Origin: Centroscyllium fabricii | Taxonomy: Eukaryota | Assembly: GCA_051313645.2 (NCBI GenBank) | Contig: JBNRSN020000003.1 | Coordinates: 395,870,001-395,934,000, forward strand | Reading direction: 5' to 3' | Length of the DNA stretch: 64,000 nucleotides | Part shown: positions 45,971 to 59,625 of the stretch, one piece after another | How the letters are laid out: each line of letters begins with the position of its first letter | How positions within the stretch are numbered: the stretch's first letter is position 1 | The notes under the pieces: model-generated | Databases searched by the model: none | What the model saw: the letters and a program-made list of their open reading frames with translations, nothing else | What the model was told of the DNA's origin: nothing | Made by a program: the position numbers and the translations under genes

Positions 45971-46684
45971 GGCTCTCCTTTGTGGCAACATCTTGGAAGC
46001 TTTCTTTTGATTGCAGGAAGCAATGGACTATGCGGCAGCTTCATTGGAATCTGCAGTAGATCCCCAATTAAAAAGTGGCCAAGAACCAGTCGGTGACTGC
46101 ACCTCCATCCAAACACAGGTTGCAGCTCTAGTGGCAATAGAGGAGAGAGAGCAAAAAGCAGCCTGCATGGCTTCCAGATCATAGGGGCCACTATATATGC
46201 TGCTGTCCTTCAGGTTTTTCAGGATCTAATACCTGCTATAAGATCAGCCATCCTTCTGATCAGTAGGGCCACAGATCCAGGGCCCGGTGTAATGGTGTTG
46301 CCTGAAGTCAACCTCTCTGATACCACCATTGCTCCGGACAGCAGTGCCCCGGCTTTCTCCCTCAATTCACAGGGGGAATGTGCAAGGTGTTCCCAAGCTG
46401 CCCAAGAGCAAGCTCCAGAGATGCAGCCAGCAGCACCTTTCTGCCAGGTGAGACAAGAGCCACCTCAGTACCATAACCTTGTTGTAGAGTGTAGTCAACC
46501 ATTCACCCCTTGTCATTCTGGCCCTCAGGATGCACTTAGGAGAAGCACTAGAACCGATGAAAGGAAGATCTGTGTAGGCACCGGGAGGAAGCACAGTTCT
46601 AAGAAAGAGCAGATTGTCTTACTTGAACTTTGGATAATTGTATTAAAGCGGAATTTCCACTGACGTGGCACTTTGCTATTCATG

Positions 46685-47407
46685 GGGGGAAAAATTGGGT
46701 GGCTTGCGCCAGCCGTTAACGCCCTAAGAAGGCACCTAGCGCCTGGGCTGGTGCCTCCCGCGATATTCAGTGGGGCGCTAGTGGTGGCAGCAGCCATTAG
46801 CACCCTGTGGCGCTGCACCGCTGGTGATGACGTCATCGCCGTGCGCCGTGCCCCGGCCGCGAACCTCAGTTGCGTCACCTGACCTAGCGCCGGACATTGT
46901 CTACGACAGGGTCAGGGGGGCGCAGTTGCAGCCGGGGCAGCGCTATTTAAAAGGGGGGGGGTGCCGGGCGGCCATTATTGTTGCTGGCTGCCTGCCAGCA
47001 CCTGCCCCCTCTGCCGTCCCCGGCCTTCCCCGGTGCTCCACCGCGGAATGCTGGCTGTGCTCCGTGAGCCCGGCACTTCCCTCGAGTGCTGGGCTCCTTT
47101 GGCGGCACTCAGATCCCCGGCGGTCCAGCGGGGCTCCAGGCCACGCCGCGCTAGGTCACTCCCCTTTAAGAAGGGGAGTGAGGCTTGCAGTACTGTGGCG
47201 CGGCGTGCTGCAGAGCATGGCGCAACGGTCAAAATTGAGTTGTTGCGCCCAAGGAACGAGGTGGGGCACTTGCAGTAGCGCCCCAGCTCCTACTTGGGGC
47301 ACTAAAACCCAATTTCAGGCGTAACGGTGCTAACTTTTTCGCGGCGCTAAAAGTAGCGCCTCCCCGAGGTTAGCGCCCCAAACAGGGCGCAACCCAATTT
47401 TTCCCCC
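46685..47407. mobile_element. CpG-rich Harbinger-type MITE family D
   Basis: 16-bp perfect TIR GGGGGAAAAATTGGGT; flanks atg/aag. Confidence 0.88.
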
Positions 47408-47794
47408 AAGGAGTTTAGTCCACAGAAAAAGGTACACTTATTTGGTGCGTACTTATTCACTCAGGTGAGGATTATTGGCAGACACATGTCGAGACAAAGA
47501 GGGCTGATGTGTTGTTAGAGTGTTGGATAGGTAGTGGATTGAGGTGATGTTCCTTAATTGGAAAGTGGAGGAGAAGGCGGCAAGGTAGTGGTTCCAAAGA
47601 TAGACTGTATTACACAGAAGAGAAGATTTGAGTGATGAAATGTGCTCTGATGCCCCTTGCAGCAGTCACTGAAGAGTCCCCTGTGTGCAGGTCATTGTGA
47701 TGCTCTCCTCCATGTTGTTCTGGATGCAATGGGGCTGGGGCCTCCTCCTCAGCAATGTCAAAGTCCGGCCCTTCTTGAATGGTGAAGATTTTGT

Positions 47795-47905
47795 AGATTC
47801 ACCAGAATGATACCGGGGCTAAAAGTGTTAAATTACGAAGACAGGTTGCATAGATTGTATTCCCTTTAGCATAGAAGATTAAGGGGTGATCTAATTGAGG
47901 TGTTT
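47795..47905 (+). mobile_element. Short CR1 ORF2 fragment
   Basis: RFTRMIPGL..RRLRGDLIEVF. Confidence 0.7.
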
Positions 47906-47928
47906 GCCATGTGTGCGACAACAGAAAG

Positions 47929-50900
47929 TGTAATGTTAATAAGAATCAGACAGGAGGCCAACACTAAGTTTCTACGGAGCTTCTTTATTCAGGTCTTATA
48001 CTCTGCCACTCCAAGCCTCAACTGAGGCATGGCTTAAGATGGCGCCGGCTCCCGTCACTCGGGCGTGACGTCAGACATAAGTCAAGCCTGTGCTGTCTTT
48101 ATGCCAGTCACAGCTATCCTTACATCTCCCCCTTTCAGGGAGTACATTGTACATAACACTTAATTGTAATAACTCACTGAACACAACATATTTACAATAA
48201 TAAACATAGTCATTGTGACTTCCCATCGGAGCCCTTTCCGGTACCCCTATAACTATTTGCAGTTCCTGTTTTTTATTACAAGTCCATTCTAATCACCGGC
48301 CTTCTGGCCATTTGTGACCTTCTCAGTGGGACCGGTGTCTGTGGGGCACTTCCCATTCTGTCTCTTGTCTCCGTCTCTGGACCACTCAGGTCCCTTGTTT
48401 CGTGATCTGCCTGTGAGGCTTCCCTCATCTCTTCCTCTTCTTCTCTCCCTTTTTGAGGGCAAAATGTCTCATTTGTTTTCAGAAGGTGCCTCCTTTTCCT
48501 TCGGTACACCTCTCCTGTCTCAGTTATGACACTGTAGGAGCTGGGAGCAACATTTTGCAAGACTGTGGCCTTCTTTGACCATGACTCTGGTCCTTGAATC
48601 TGAACCATATCCCTTTCCTGCAATGGTACTAGTCTTGTAGCAGTCCTGTCATGGTACGCCTTTAGGTTTACTTGCAGCCTTCTGCCTTGTCAGCCCGCCC
48701 ATCATTTCTCTGGTCAGGTGCAGCGTGGCAAGGTATTCTTGTACTTATTTTCCTGCCCATTAAAAGCTCAGCTGGCGACTTGCCACTTGCCAATGGTGCT
48801 GCCCTGTATGACATTATTGCCAGATACGGATCTGCATTACTACTTCCTGCTTTTTTCAGTAGTCTTTTGACTATTTGCACCCCCTTTTCCACCTTTACAT
48901 TCACCTGGGGATAGTGCGGGCTACACGTTATATGTTTGAATTCATATTCGGAGGTAAATGCCCTGAACTCCTGACTGGCATATGGGGGTCCATTATCTGA
49001 TACCAGAGTCAAGGGGATGCCCTGTCTGGAAAAATTTGATTTCAAATGTGTGATCACGCCTCTTGACGTGGTGCTAGTCAACAGGGATATCTCTGGGTAA
49101 TTTGAATAGTAATCAATTACTAACAAACAGTCCTTTCCCCCAAAATGGAACATATCTGTTCCCACTGTTTCCCAAGGGTGGTTTGGAATTTCTGTGGTGA
49201 TGAGGGGCTCCTTAGTCTGTTTATATTGATATTCCTGGCACGTGGCACACTCACTTATTAATTGATCAATGTCCGCATTCATATTCGGCCAGTACAGTGC
49301 TCTCGTGCCCGCCTTATGGATTTTTCTGCCCCCAGGTGCCCTTCGTGTATCCTCCCCAGTATCTCTGGTCTCATGGAGGTGGGCACCACTATTCTGTGAC
49401 CCTTGAGTAGGATTCCGTTTACTGTGGATAGTTCCCCTTGTATCTGATAGTATTGCTTGCAGGACCCTCTTTTCCAGCCCTCCTGCATGTTTTTCATTAC
49501 TTTTCTTCGCACTGGATCCTTTGCTGTTTCACTTGTTATCACTGCCAACTGTTGAGATGAAGCAGGCAGTGCTGCGTAGATCATGTCTACGTGAAGGTTT
49601 ACGTCCTCCTCTGTGTCACTGTTTTGCGTGGCACATGGTGCAGCTTTCGACAGTGTGTCTGCAATGTACCTTTGTGTCCCTGGCACATATGTCAGATCAA
49701 AATCATAACACTGAAGTCTCATCATCAAGCGTTGTATCCTTGGCGACATATCACATACATTTTTCTTCATGATTCCTAACAGTGGCTTATGATCTGTTTC
49801 CAGTATAAATTTCGGTAGTCCATAGACATATGTGTGGAAGTTTTCACACCCAAGTGCCAACCCCAGACATTCTTTTTCAATCCGTGCATACCTGCACTCT
49901 GTGGCTGTCATAAAACATGACGCATATGCCACCGGCCTCCATTCTCCATTGTCTTCTTGTACTAGGACCGCCCCTAGCATCTTGGATGCATCGGTCGACA
50001 CTTTGATCCTTTTCTTTGGACAAAATAATTTTAATAGGGGTTCACTTGCCAAGATCTGTAATAGCCCCTTCCATTCCTGCTCATGCTCGTGTCCCCATTG
50101 GAACTCTGTTTCATGATGCAGCAGCTTTCTCAGGTGCTCAGTTTTTGTGGCTAGATTTGGGATAAATTTCCCTAGATAGTTCACCCTGCCAAGGGCCCTC
50201 TGCACCCCTTTTTTGTCTTCAGGCTTTTCCATGTCCTGAATTGCTTTAATCTTAGTCTTGTCTGGCTGTACACCCTCTGTGGATATCTTGTCTCCCAGAA
50301 AAGTTATCTCCTTTACTCTAAATTGGCATTTCTCTTTATTTAATTTCAGTCCGTATTGCTGTATCCTTTGGATCGTTTTTTCCAGCCTGCTGTCGTGCTC
50401 CTTCTGTGAGAAGCCCCATACCACCAGGTCATCTACATAGACCCACACCCCTTCCAAGCCCTCTATAATTGTCTCCATTGCTCTGTGGAATATTTCTGGG
50501 GCTGAGCTTATGCCAAATGGCAGATGCTGGTATGAGTATCTACCAAACGGGGTGTTAAATGTACACAGCTTGGCACTTTCCTCGTCCAATTTCAATTGCC
50601 AAAATTTATGGGAGGCATCCATTTCTGAAAAGAATTTTGCCTCCGTCATCTCACTCACTATTTCTTCTCTTTTGGGAATTTGATAGTGTTCTCTCTTTAT
50701 GTTAGTGTTAAGGGCCTTGGGGTCCATGCATACCCTCAATTTATCATTGCTTTTTGAGTTGACGCAGACCATTGAATTCACCCAATCTGTTGGCTGCTCA
50801 ATTTTAATCACAGCCAGTCCCTCCATTCGATCCAGCTCATTTCTCAGCTTCTCGCAAGGGCCACTGGCACTCTCCGAGGTGCATGTATAACCAGTTGTGT

Positions 50901-52558
50901 ATCATCCTTCAATTTACTAGAGTACGTGAAGGGCAGCGCTCCAAACCCTTGAAATACATCCGCGTATCTCTGCACAATATTGACTGAATTCATGTCTGAA
51001 TTTTCTTGCAGGTCATTTTGTGTTTCATTATCTCCATTGACTGTGTAAATTCTTTTTACTAGACCTAACTCCACACAGGCCTTGTCTCCTAATAGTAATT
51101 TGTGCCCTTCTGGCACTATAACAAAAGTGAGGAAGTGCCAACGCTGTTTAACTATCAGCCTCAATCTGCACATTCCTCGTGTTTCAATGTTATGGCCATT
51201 GTAAGCCTTGAAGGTCACAGTCCTGTTTATCATCTTCGGTTTCACTTTGAGTTTTTTTACATCTGCACAGCTTATCAAGTTCGCTTTTGCCCCTGTACCC
51301 AACTTAAAGGGGATTATCGTTCCAGTTACTTTCAGGGGAGCTATCCATGCCTCCTTGTTTGGCCCTCTGGGCTGTGCTTCATGCTGCACCATTCCCACAT
51401 ACCATGATTGAGCTCCCGCTTCTGCAGTCTCTACCGCATGCACGGCCTTTTTGCTTTCACCTCTGTGCTCCCACAGGCACATTTTCGCAAAGTGATTTCT
51501 GCCTTTGCATTTCACGCACCTCTTCCCAAACGCCGGACACTGCCTGGCACATTGTTTGTTTCTGCACCATTTGCACTCAAATGCCGCCATTTTGTTGTAC
51601 TCACTGGGCCCTCGTGGCTCTCTGTAATCATACGCCACCATTTTCTTGTACTCACTGGCCCTCTAGGCTCTCTTGAGTCGAACCGCACCATTTTGTTATA
51701 TTCTGTGGGCCCTCGTGGCTCTCTGTAATCTCGTCGCGGTGTTACATCCACCAAAAGGCTCTGCAGCCCTGGGACGTTCCCCTCGAATGTTTTTGTTTGC
51801 ATCGCTGGAAGCTCACTCAAACGGCACAGCTTTACTGCAGAACCCAATTTCAACTCGCCGTCTCTCAGCATCCTTTCTCTTAATTTCTTATCCAATATTC
51901 CAAAGACTATTTGATTCCTTATCATGGATTCTTTTAAATCCTGAAAATTGCATGACTGTGCTTTGATTTTTAAATCAGTTAGGAAGACATCGAAGGACTC
52001 CCCTTGTTTCTGTGTTCTGGAGTGGAACACGAACCTTTCATAGGTTTCATTCTTTTTTGGTGCGCAAAAATCTTCAAATGTTTTTATAACTTTGTCAAAG
52101 TCACTTTTATCCTCCTCGGAATTAAAAGTAAAGATATTGAGCAGCTCGCTTGCCTGCAGGCCCGCAACAGTTAGTAATAATGCAACTTTATGTGATCCTG
52201 CGCTTGTGGTCGCCTCAATGGCTGCCAGGTATAGGAGAAATCTCTGCTTGAATACCCACCAATTCTCGTCAACGTTGCCTTCTAGGTCAAGATTGGATGG
52301 GGGTTTTATACCTTCCATCATTCCTCTTCAGTCCATACGCGAGTTTGTGAATCCTGGTACCATGTAATGTGATTAAGAATCAGACAGGAGGCCAACACTA
52401 AGTTTCTACGGAGCTTCTTTATTCAGGTCTTATACTCTGCCACTCCAAGCCTCAACTGAGGCATGGCTTAAGATGGTGCCGGCTCCCGCCACTCGGGTGT
52501 GACATCAGACGTCTGTCAAGCCTGTGCTGTCTTTACACCAGTCACAGCTATCCTTACA
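47929..52558 (-). mobile_element. Complete Ty3/Gypsy LTR retrotransposon 2 (older, tRNA-primed)
   Basis: 196-bp LTRs at 47929-48124 and 52363-52558 (about 11 differences by eye), TSD GAAAG, PPT gaaagggggaga, PBS TGGTACCAGGA (consistent with a tRNA-Leu 3' end). Confidence 0.96.
48276..52321 (-). pseudogene. pol: Gypsy gag-pol, multiply frameshifted
   Basis: gag 51512-52321; knuckle + protease KLGTGA 50844-51641; RT YVDD/RNase H 49279-50826; integrase SDNGP 48668-49282. Confidence 0.93.
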
Positions 52559-52744
52559 GAAAGCAAGTGTTGGATACAGAGCCATCACACTGCAAGAGGA
52601 AAGTTGTTTTTTCTCAAAACATCAATCAGTAACAGGTGACCTATATTGAGGAAAAAGGGTGGAGCAGCGATGAAAAACAACTGTTCCGTTAAACATATGA
52701 TCAATGAAAATGGTTGTACTTTTGCAGTTATTTAAAAAGTGATT

Positions 52745-52890
52745 GGGTGAAATTTTGACTGAGCGATAGTGTAAAATCAGTGATAAAAAATTAGCTGCCA
52801 GTTTTATATTTCTCCTGAATTTTGATTTCTACTGACTTCTGATTCACTATCGCCTGTATTACACTATTGCTGAAAGTCAAAATTACCCCC
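52745..52890. mobile_element. 146-bp GGG-terminated MITE
   Basis: GGGTGAAATTTTGACT / AGTCAAAATTACCCCC, TSD ATT/ATT, subterminal inverted gcgatagtgtaa / ttacactattgc. Confidence 0.75.
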
Positions 52891-53283
52891 ATTGATTCAT
52901 GAGCTACTTGAAAGAGACTTTCTTATTCCAGATCATCATCATCAGCAGATTAATCATCAAGCTAAAGATCTTGTCAAACTGTTCTCAATGGCCGCAATTT
53001 CGCCTACTGAGGCAGGCTCCGTGCGGCTGAGGTAGGTGGTGGGTTGTGACCCCGCTCCCGGCTCCATCCCGCTCTGTGAGAAGAATTTTCCATTAATTGG
53101 GCTTGTTAAGCCTGCCCTGTGAGGTTCCCAGCCAATTAAAAGGAGGCGGATCTGATGACATCATTTGATGACGCATCATCAGCCAGTTTCCTTAAAGAGG
53201 CCATGTCCACATTCATTTTGACAGTTGTGCTGTCAGTGTTCTACAGCATTGAGGTGCTGCAAACACTGACAAGCACGGCACAA

Positions 53284-53496
53284 ATGTACAAGGCTGGACC
53301 CAGGCTCTCCCTTGACTCCTTCCATGTACTTATGGAGGGAGTCACAGTACGCAGGGAGATTCTCTTCCAATTCAAACGGGCGGAAGACACCTCCCCAGGA
53401 GACCAATGCAGCCTGGTTGCAAATTGCACAGGAGGGCACAAGCAGGGATGTTGTTAGGGTCCCTGGCTGCAGTGGCGCAAACCTTTCAATAATCTC
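53284..53496 (+). pseudogene. Harbinger Myb/SANT-like DNA-binding domain exon, frameshifted
   Basis: PRLSLDSFHVLMEGVTVRREILF / SNGRKTPPQETNAAWLQIAQE..S / WLQWRKPFNNL. Confidence 0.8.
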
Positions 53497-54750
53497 AGGA
53501 GATCACAAAACATTACTGCAAAGCCACACTCAACCTCATCCTGCTGTGCCACACTCACATCTCCATCACTCTGCCTCCCCTACCCTACTCCTGCACATCC
53601 TTACACACACCACCTTACCTTGCACCTCCACCCATCCCTCTCTCTCTATCTACATCATCACATCCCCATCTCACTAGCCACCCCTCACACTCACCCTCAT
53701 CCTAGTCCAATCATAGCAACTAACAATGCACAAGGGTAGGCACTTGGGTGTTTTATCCAATGTTCATGTAAATTATCTGTTGATGTGCTGCCAAGCATTG
53801 AAATGTTTATTCTCAACACTTTCTGTTCTTGGACAGTTGTGTGTGCACCTTTGGAAGTGGCTTAGTGAGTTGCAGTGAATGGTGGGACATAACGGTACCC
53901 CCCACAATGGTGGAGTGTGAAAGGAATGGCTTGGGCATTGTAGGGATACTGTATGGTGCTGGTGTGGGGTGGTGCCAACCTGTCGCACCATGTGGCAGCC
54001 AGGATGTACAGTGTCAAGTGAAGTAAATCTGGCCATGCTGAGACCATCCCTGGCCTCCCAGGCAGCAATGTGGTCGGGTGCTGATGCCCTGTGTCCTGTG
54101 CAGCATCAGGTGATTGTGGAGCAGGTTGGTGTGGATGTTGGTGCTGCTGGTGTGCCCAGTGATGTTGCTGATGATCGTGGTGGGATTCTGAGGACGAAGG
54201 TGTGATTTTTTCAAGGGCACTGATGCTAACGGAATAGATGGCAGCTGAAGTTGAGATAACAGAAGCGATCTGTCAATGGTGAGAGAGGTTGCTCCAAAGA
54301 GGTGACAGTGGATAGAAAGTTTACTCCAAACACTTCCAAACTGCATAAAGCTGAAAAGAGTATGAAGGTTTCAGCTTTTCAGATTGGAAAGTGAACAGCT
54401 GTGAAAGTGTAGCTTTTATATGACTTTTGCAGCTGTCAACTATTCAGAGGGTTGGAGAGTCACTGACAACCTGACCTACCGACCTACTGACCTACTGACC
54501 TGACGTGATCCCCAAGTGGTGGGAACCTTGTGAAAAAGCTGGTAAAATGGTCAGTACATGGTAAAATGGTGTTTAAGTACCTTTTAACAAGCTCTTAAGT
54601 GTTTGAACTGGCTCACTTGCCACTTGCTGTCGGCTCTGTAGAGTGCAGACAGACCCGACACTTGGGAAACTGTCATGGAGACGGGTTGAGAGTGGGATCC
54701 CGACCCGCTGTCAATCATTTCGATTTTGATAGCGGACCTGCCTCTGTGAG

Positions 54751-56841
54751 CATACCGGTTTGGCATAAAAATAAACCTAAAAAGGTGACTCAGCCGTGGA
54801 TAACAAGGGAAATTAGGGACAACATAAAATCCAAAAAAAGGACATATCAATTGGCCAAAAAAAGCACCAGACCTGAAGATTGGGAGCAGTTCAGGATACA
54901 GCAAAGGAGGACAAAGGGATTAATCAAGAGGGGGAAAATAGATTACGAAAGTAAGCTTGCGGCAAACATAAAAACCGACTGCAAAATCTTTTATAGGTAT
55001 ATCAGGAGGAAAAGATTGGTAAAATCCCAAGTCGGATTCAGGGGAATATATAATGGGAAATAAGGAAATGGCAGACCAATTAAATTCATATTTTGGTTCT
55101 GTCTTCACAAAGGAGGACACAAATAACCTCCCTGGGATATCGGGAAACATGGGGACTAATGCAAGGGAGGAGCTGACAAAAATCAGTATTTCTAAGGATA
55201 TGGTGTTGAGGAAGTTGAAGGGATTGAAGGCCGACAAATCCCCAGGGCCTGATAAGCTACATCCTAGGCTACTTAAGGAGGTGGCCCTAGAGATAGTAGA
55301 TGCCTTAATGATCATTTTCAGGAACTCGATAGACTCAGGAACAGTACCCATGGATTGGAGGGTAGCAAATGTTACCCCACTATTTAAAAAAGGGGGTAGA
55401 GAAAAAGCAGGGAATTATAGACCAGTAAGCCTTACATCAGTAGTGGGCAAAATGTTAGAGTCCATTATTAAGGATGTAATAGCGGAGCACTTGACAAATA
55501 GGGACGGGATCGGACAGAGTCAACATGGATTTACAAAAGGTAAATCGTGCTTGACTAATCTATTGGAATTCTTTGAGGAAGTAACAGGTAAAATAGATGC
55601 GGGAGAGCCAGTAGATGTGGTGTACCTTGACTTCCAGAAAGCCTTTGATAAGATCCCACATAAAAGATTAGCATGCAAAATCGAGGCTCATGGGATTGGG
55701 GGCAATGTATTGACATGGATAGAGAACTGGCTGGCAGATAGAAAACAGAGAGTTGGAATAAACGGCTCATTTTCTGAGTGGCAGGCGGTGACTAGTGGGT
55801 TGCCGCAGGGATCTGTCCTGGGACCCCAGCTGTTCACAATATATATTAATGATCTGGACCAGGGAATTGGATGCAACATCTCCAAATTTGCAGATGACAC
55901 TAAACTAGGAGGGGGGGTGGGCTCTGAAGAGGATGTCAGGAAGCTCCAGTGCGATTTGGACAAGTTGGGGGAATGGGCGGACACATGGCAAATGCACTAT
56001 AATGTGGATAAATGTGAGGTTATCCACTTTGGGGGCAAAAACTGGAGGGCAGATTATTATTTAAATGGCAATAGATTGGGAGATGGGGAAGTGCAGAGAA
56101 ACCTGAGTGTTCTTGTGCACCAGTCACTGAGGGTGAGCATGCAGGTGCAACAGGCGGTTAAGAAGGCAAATGGTATGTTGGCCTTCATATCAAGAGAGTT
56201 CGAGTATAGGAATAAGGATACCTTACTACAGTTGTACAAGGCACTGGTGAGACCACACACCTTGAGTATTGTGTACAGTTTTGGTCGCCTCATCTGAGGA
56301 ACGATGTTCTTGCCATGGAAGGAGTGCAGCGGCGATTCACCAGGATGATACCTGGAATGGCAGGAATGACCTACGAGGAGAGATTGTGTAGTTTGGGCTT
56401 GTACTCGCTGGAGTTTAGAAGATTGAGAGGAGATCTCATCGAAACATATAAAATTCTGACAGGCCTGGACAGGTTAAATTCAGAAAGAATGTTTCCAATG
56501 GTGGGGGAGTCCAGAACCAGGGGCCACAGTCTAAGGATAAGGGGTAAACCATTTAGGACAGATATGAGGAAGAATTTCTTCACCCAGAGAGTGGTGAACC
56601 TTTGGAATTCCTTGCCACAGAGGGCAGTGGAGGCCAGTTCATTAAATATATTTAAGAGGGAATTGGATATAATTCTTCAGGCTAAAGGGATTAAGGGTTA
56701 CGGAGAGAAGGCGGGGATGGGGTACTGAACTTGAAAGATCAGCCATGATCTCAGCCAAAGATCAGCCATGATCTCATTGAATGGCGGAGCAGGCTCGAAG
56801 GGCCGAATGGCCTACTCCTGCTCCTATCTTCTATGTTTCTA
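54751..56841 (+). mobile_element. CR1 LINE, 5'-truncated, frameshifted ORF2
   Basis: ORFs 54599-55063 (3' part), 55053-56297 and 56315-56728; probable TSD TGTGAG (54745-54750 / 56842-56847). Confidence 0.95.
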
Positions 56842-57162
56842 TGTGAGGGCCGGCAAGATTCCGGCCAATATGTTTACATTAAGGCAGTTATGTCATTGCA
56901 CTTCTAATGGAAATCTCCTTTTGCAGCATCAAGAAAGTTCTCAGCACTATCAGACCATGGACCTGTAGGTTGCTCTTTACTCCAGGTATTGAGCAACAAT
57001 ATTGAAGGGACAACTCTCGAAAACTGCAACTAATATGTCCTTTCATGTAATGCAGGTTGTGAGATTAATAATGAGACCTGTCCAAAGGTAGTCCTGTAGA
57101 GGATTCTGGTCTCCAAGTTTTCCTTTGTCTTTGTATAGGAGCTCTGTGAGTTCTATAGTAAT

Positions 57163-57890
57163 GGACCAGATATTAGGCCCGCACGCGCGAGTACGAACGG
57201 GGTACTCACGTGTGCGGCCATCCGAAGTGCAGGTTGCCGGCATACACCGCGCATGCGCGCAGAACTGGCACTTCCGATCCGGGGCCTGAAGCGGTCAGGA
57301 GCCGGAGCGCGTTGGCCTGCACAGCAGGAGGTGCGCAGTGAACTTGCGATTATTTTCCAAGTTTTTTAAGGGTAAGTATTTAAATATTTACGGCTCCTAT
57401 TTTCAAGCGCAAAGAGTGGATTTCATCAGGTAAGTCTTTATTTTATTCAATTTAAGTATTTTTATTCACAGGTTTTTCATTTTTAGGCCCGTTAAAAACT
57501 TAAAATATTTTTTCAAAATGTTTAATTTTTGTTTAAAAAACTAATTTATGTGATTGATAGTACTTTTAAAAAATGTGATGGTTTTCAAAAATTTATTTTA
57601 AGGTTTAGTGTGTTTTTGGGCTCTAGTATTTCATAAGTTTGACAAATCTTTCTGTCAAACTTATGAATGGAGAATTCTTTGCTCTGATTGGTTCTCTGCG
57701 GATCTTGTGATCCCACGGGAAGCCTCGCACTATCTTCGCCCTTCAGTTGCACCAACGCGGTGCGGGGCCCTGTCAGTAAGCTAGAGGATCGGGATTTCAG
57801 CTGAGTGAAATCCAGAACGGCAGGTGAGCTCCGTGAGTGCACTTTGGAGGCTTGCACTCGCGGCAAGACTCCAACCCTAATTTCTGGCCC
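57163..57890. mobile_element. MITE family B, copy B3
   Basis: GGACCAGATATTAGG / CCTAATTTCTGGCCC, TSD AAT/AAT. Confidence 0.88.
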
Positions 57891-58599
57891 AATATAAATT
57901 CCAATAATGTCTTATTGAGTAAAAGAAGAAAGGATACTCTTTTCTAATTGTTGTTTCATTGGATTGTTATCATCATAGTCATGTGAGTTAGATATATAGC
58001 CCTTTAGATATATACTCTTGGTTTTGCCTTTGACAGTGGATGGGACAGACCATTGTAACTGGAATTTTCTTGCCACAGGTAATCACCGAACACATTGTAA
58101 TGTAACCGATCAATGACCCTTGGCACCTTCAAAGCTCCATCCTCTTTGTCATCTAACACCTGTTGTGAAAACAATTTGGTTTTCTGGCAAAGATTTTTTT
58201 GAAGAGTGGAATGAATAGGAATTATCTGTGGGTATAAAGCCTGGATTTATGAGCAAATATGTTTTTACTTTGTGTGACTCGAAGTTTTTTTTTATGCTCA
58301 GTAATGTATCGTAAAGCATCGATCTGGTTATCCCTTACAACTTACAAACTATCACTGGACCATAAAGCATTATATAGCCATTTTTACTTTTGTATGTATC
58401 CATGTTGCCATGTATGCCCTAGGATACATTGGCTCTAAAGTTCCTTGAGGGTTCAGTTGGACTTCTGCCATAACTCTAGTGAGAGCCCAGTGGAACCTAC
58501 CAGAAAAAGGTAGAGCTCTGGTAACACTTGGTCTGGGAGTTCCTTGCAACGTCCACCCACCTCTTATAAGGTCAATGATGCCAAGGGGACAGAGAAAAA

Positions 58600-58842
58600 T
58601 AGAAAGACGAAAGACTTGCATTTATATAGCGTCTTTCATGACCACTGGACGTCTCAAAGCGCTTTACAGCCAATGAAGTACTTTTGAAATGGAGTCACTT
58701 TTGGAATGTAGGAAATGTGGCAGCCAATTTGCGCACTGCAAGGCCCCACAAACAGTAACGTGATAATGACCAGATAATCTGTTTTTGTTATGTTGGTTGA
58801 GGGATAAATACCGGCCAGGACACCCAGGGAGAACTCCCCCTG
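58600..58842 (-). mobile_element. Deu-type SINE fragment
   Basis: Homologous to 37750-37980. Confidence 0.7.
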
Positions 58843-59625
58843 CAGGGACTCCCGATGTGGGAGGCTCTATTTTCCCAGCTCAGGAGGGACCCTGAAGGCT
58901 TTTACTGAAGGTAGAGATGAGGTGTTATGGCCTCCTGTAGGGCTTACGAGGCTCCAACTTGGGGTGGAAGACAGAGAATTTAAAAAAAACATTCGATTGG
59001 CCCCTTTAAATGGGGAAGCAAAGTGAAGGAGTCTGTGGGGTCTCGCTGAGCAAGGCCAGATTTTCTGGCTGAATGGGGTAAGCTGGCGCCAAAGGTGCCT
59101 CCACAGTGGTTTGGGCGCCATGCAAATGAGGTGCTCTCTCGCCGGCCCCACAAATAATGAGACCTGCACATTTATTGGTTTTATTTATTAATGATATGAA
59201 ATACTGAATAACGTAAACCTCAAACTTCCGTCTTCCTCACTTAAGAGCTAGAATAATTACTTGACAACCTTCTTAGACAGCAGAGTTCTCCTTGTGAGCC
59301 ACCTTCATTTTGACCACTTTCTGAGGAACATTTACCCTTGAGTATTTTTTTGCGCCTTATCTATTTTTTGGGGGTATTTTTGATAGCCAATTGTTGTGCA
59401 CTCCAATCCTGTACTCCTGCACACCTCACGCAGGAGCTGAAACCATTTCCCCTCTCCTCTGACAACCCAAGTGCACTGAAGTCATTTGTCACAGCCTGAT
59501 CAGCTAGCTCACCATTGACTGGGGATCAAACCTGGGACCTTGTTTGCTCATGTTGCTCAAGTATTCACTATCTTAATCAACTGAACCATTGGGGATTTGT
59601 CTCCTTTCTAGTTGTCATGTAACGA

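Larger units (their letters stand above)
43980..46580 (+). pseudogene. Decayed Harbinger Myb/SANT accessory gene, interrupted by Penelope and MITE insertions
   Basis: DQCLKMFN..TRASK (end of a Myb-like domain, ~44110-44145); ttgcag acceptor followed by EK..H..G.P..PLRSYEER exon (~44640-44790). Confidence 0.45.
52990..56866. mobile_element. Harbinger internal-deletion derivative with both ends, interrupted by CR1
   Basis: TIR GGCCGCAATTTCGCC / GGCAAGATTCCGGCC, TSD AAT/AAT; Myb remnant on +; transposase N-terminal remnant on - (54050-54200, homologous to 20580-20700). Confidence 0.85.

Noticed and set aside
45129-47324. Many overlapping 80-170-aa GC-rich ORFs and CpG-island-like composition
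   Set aside because: They lie within MITEs, have no domain motifs and are explained by GC content; not evidence of a host promoter or gene.
56915-56990. Possible host exon (ttttgcag..ccag|gtattg)
   Set aside because: Short, no recognisable protein and no partner exons. The same applies to the candidate at 29095-29250, which has stops in all three frames.
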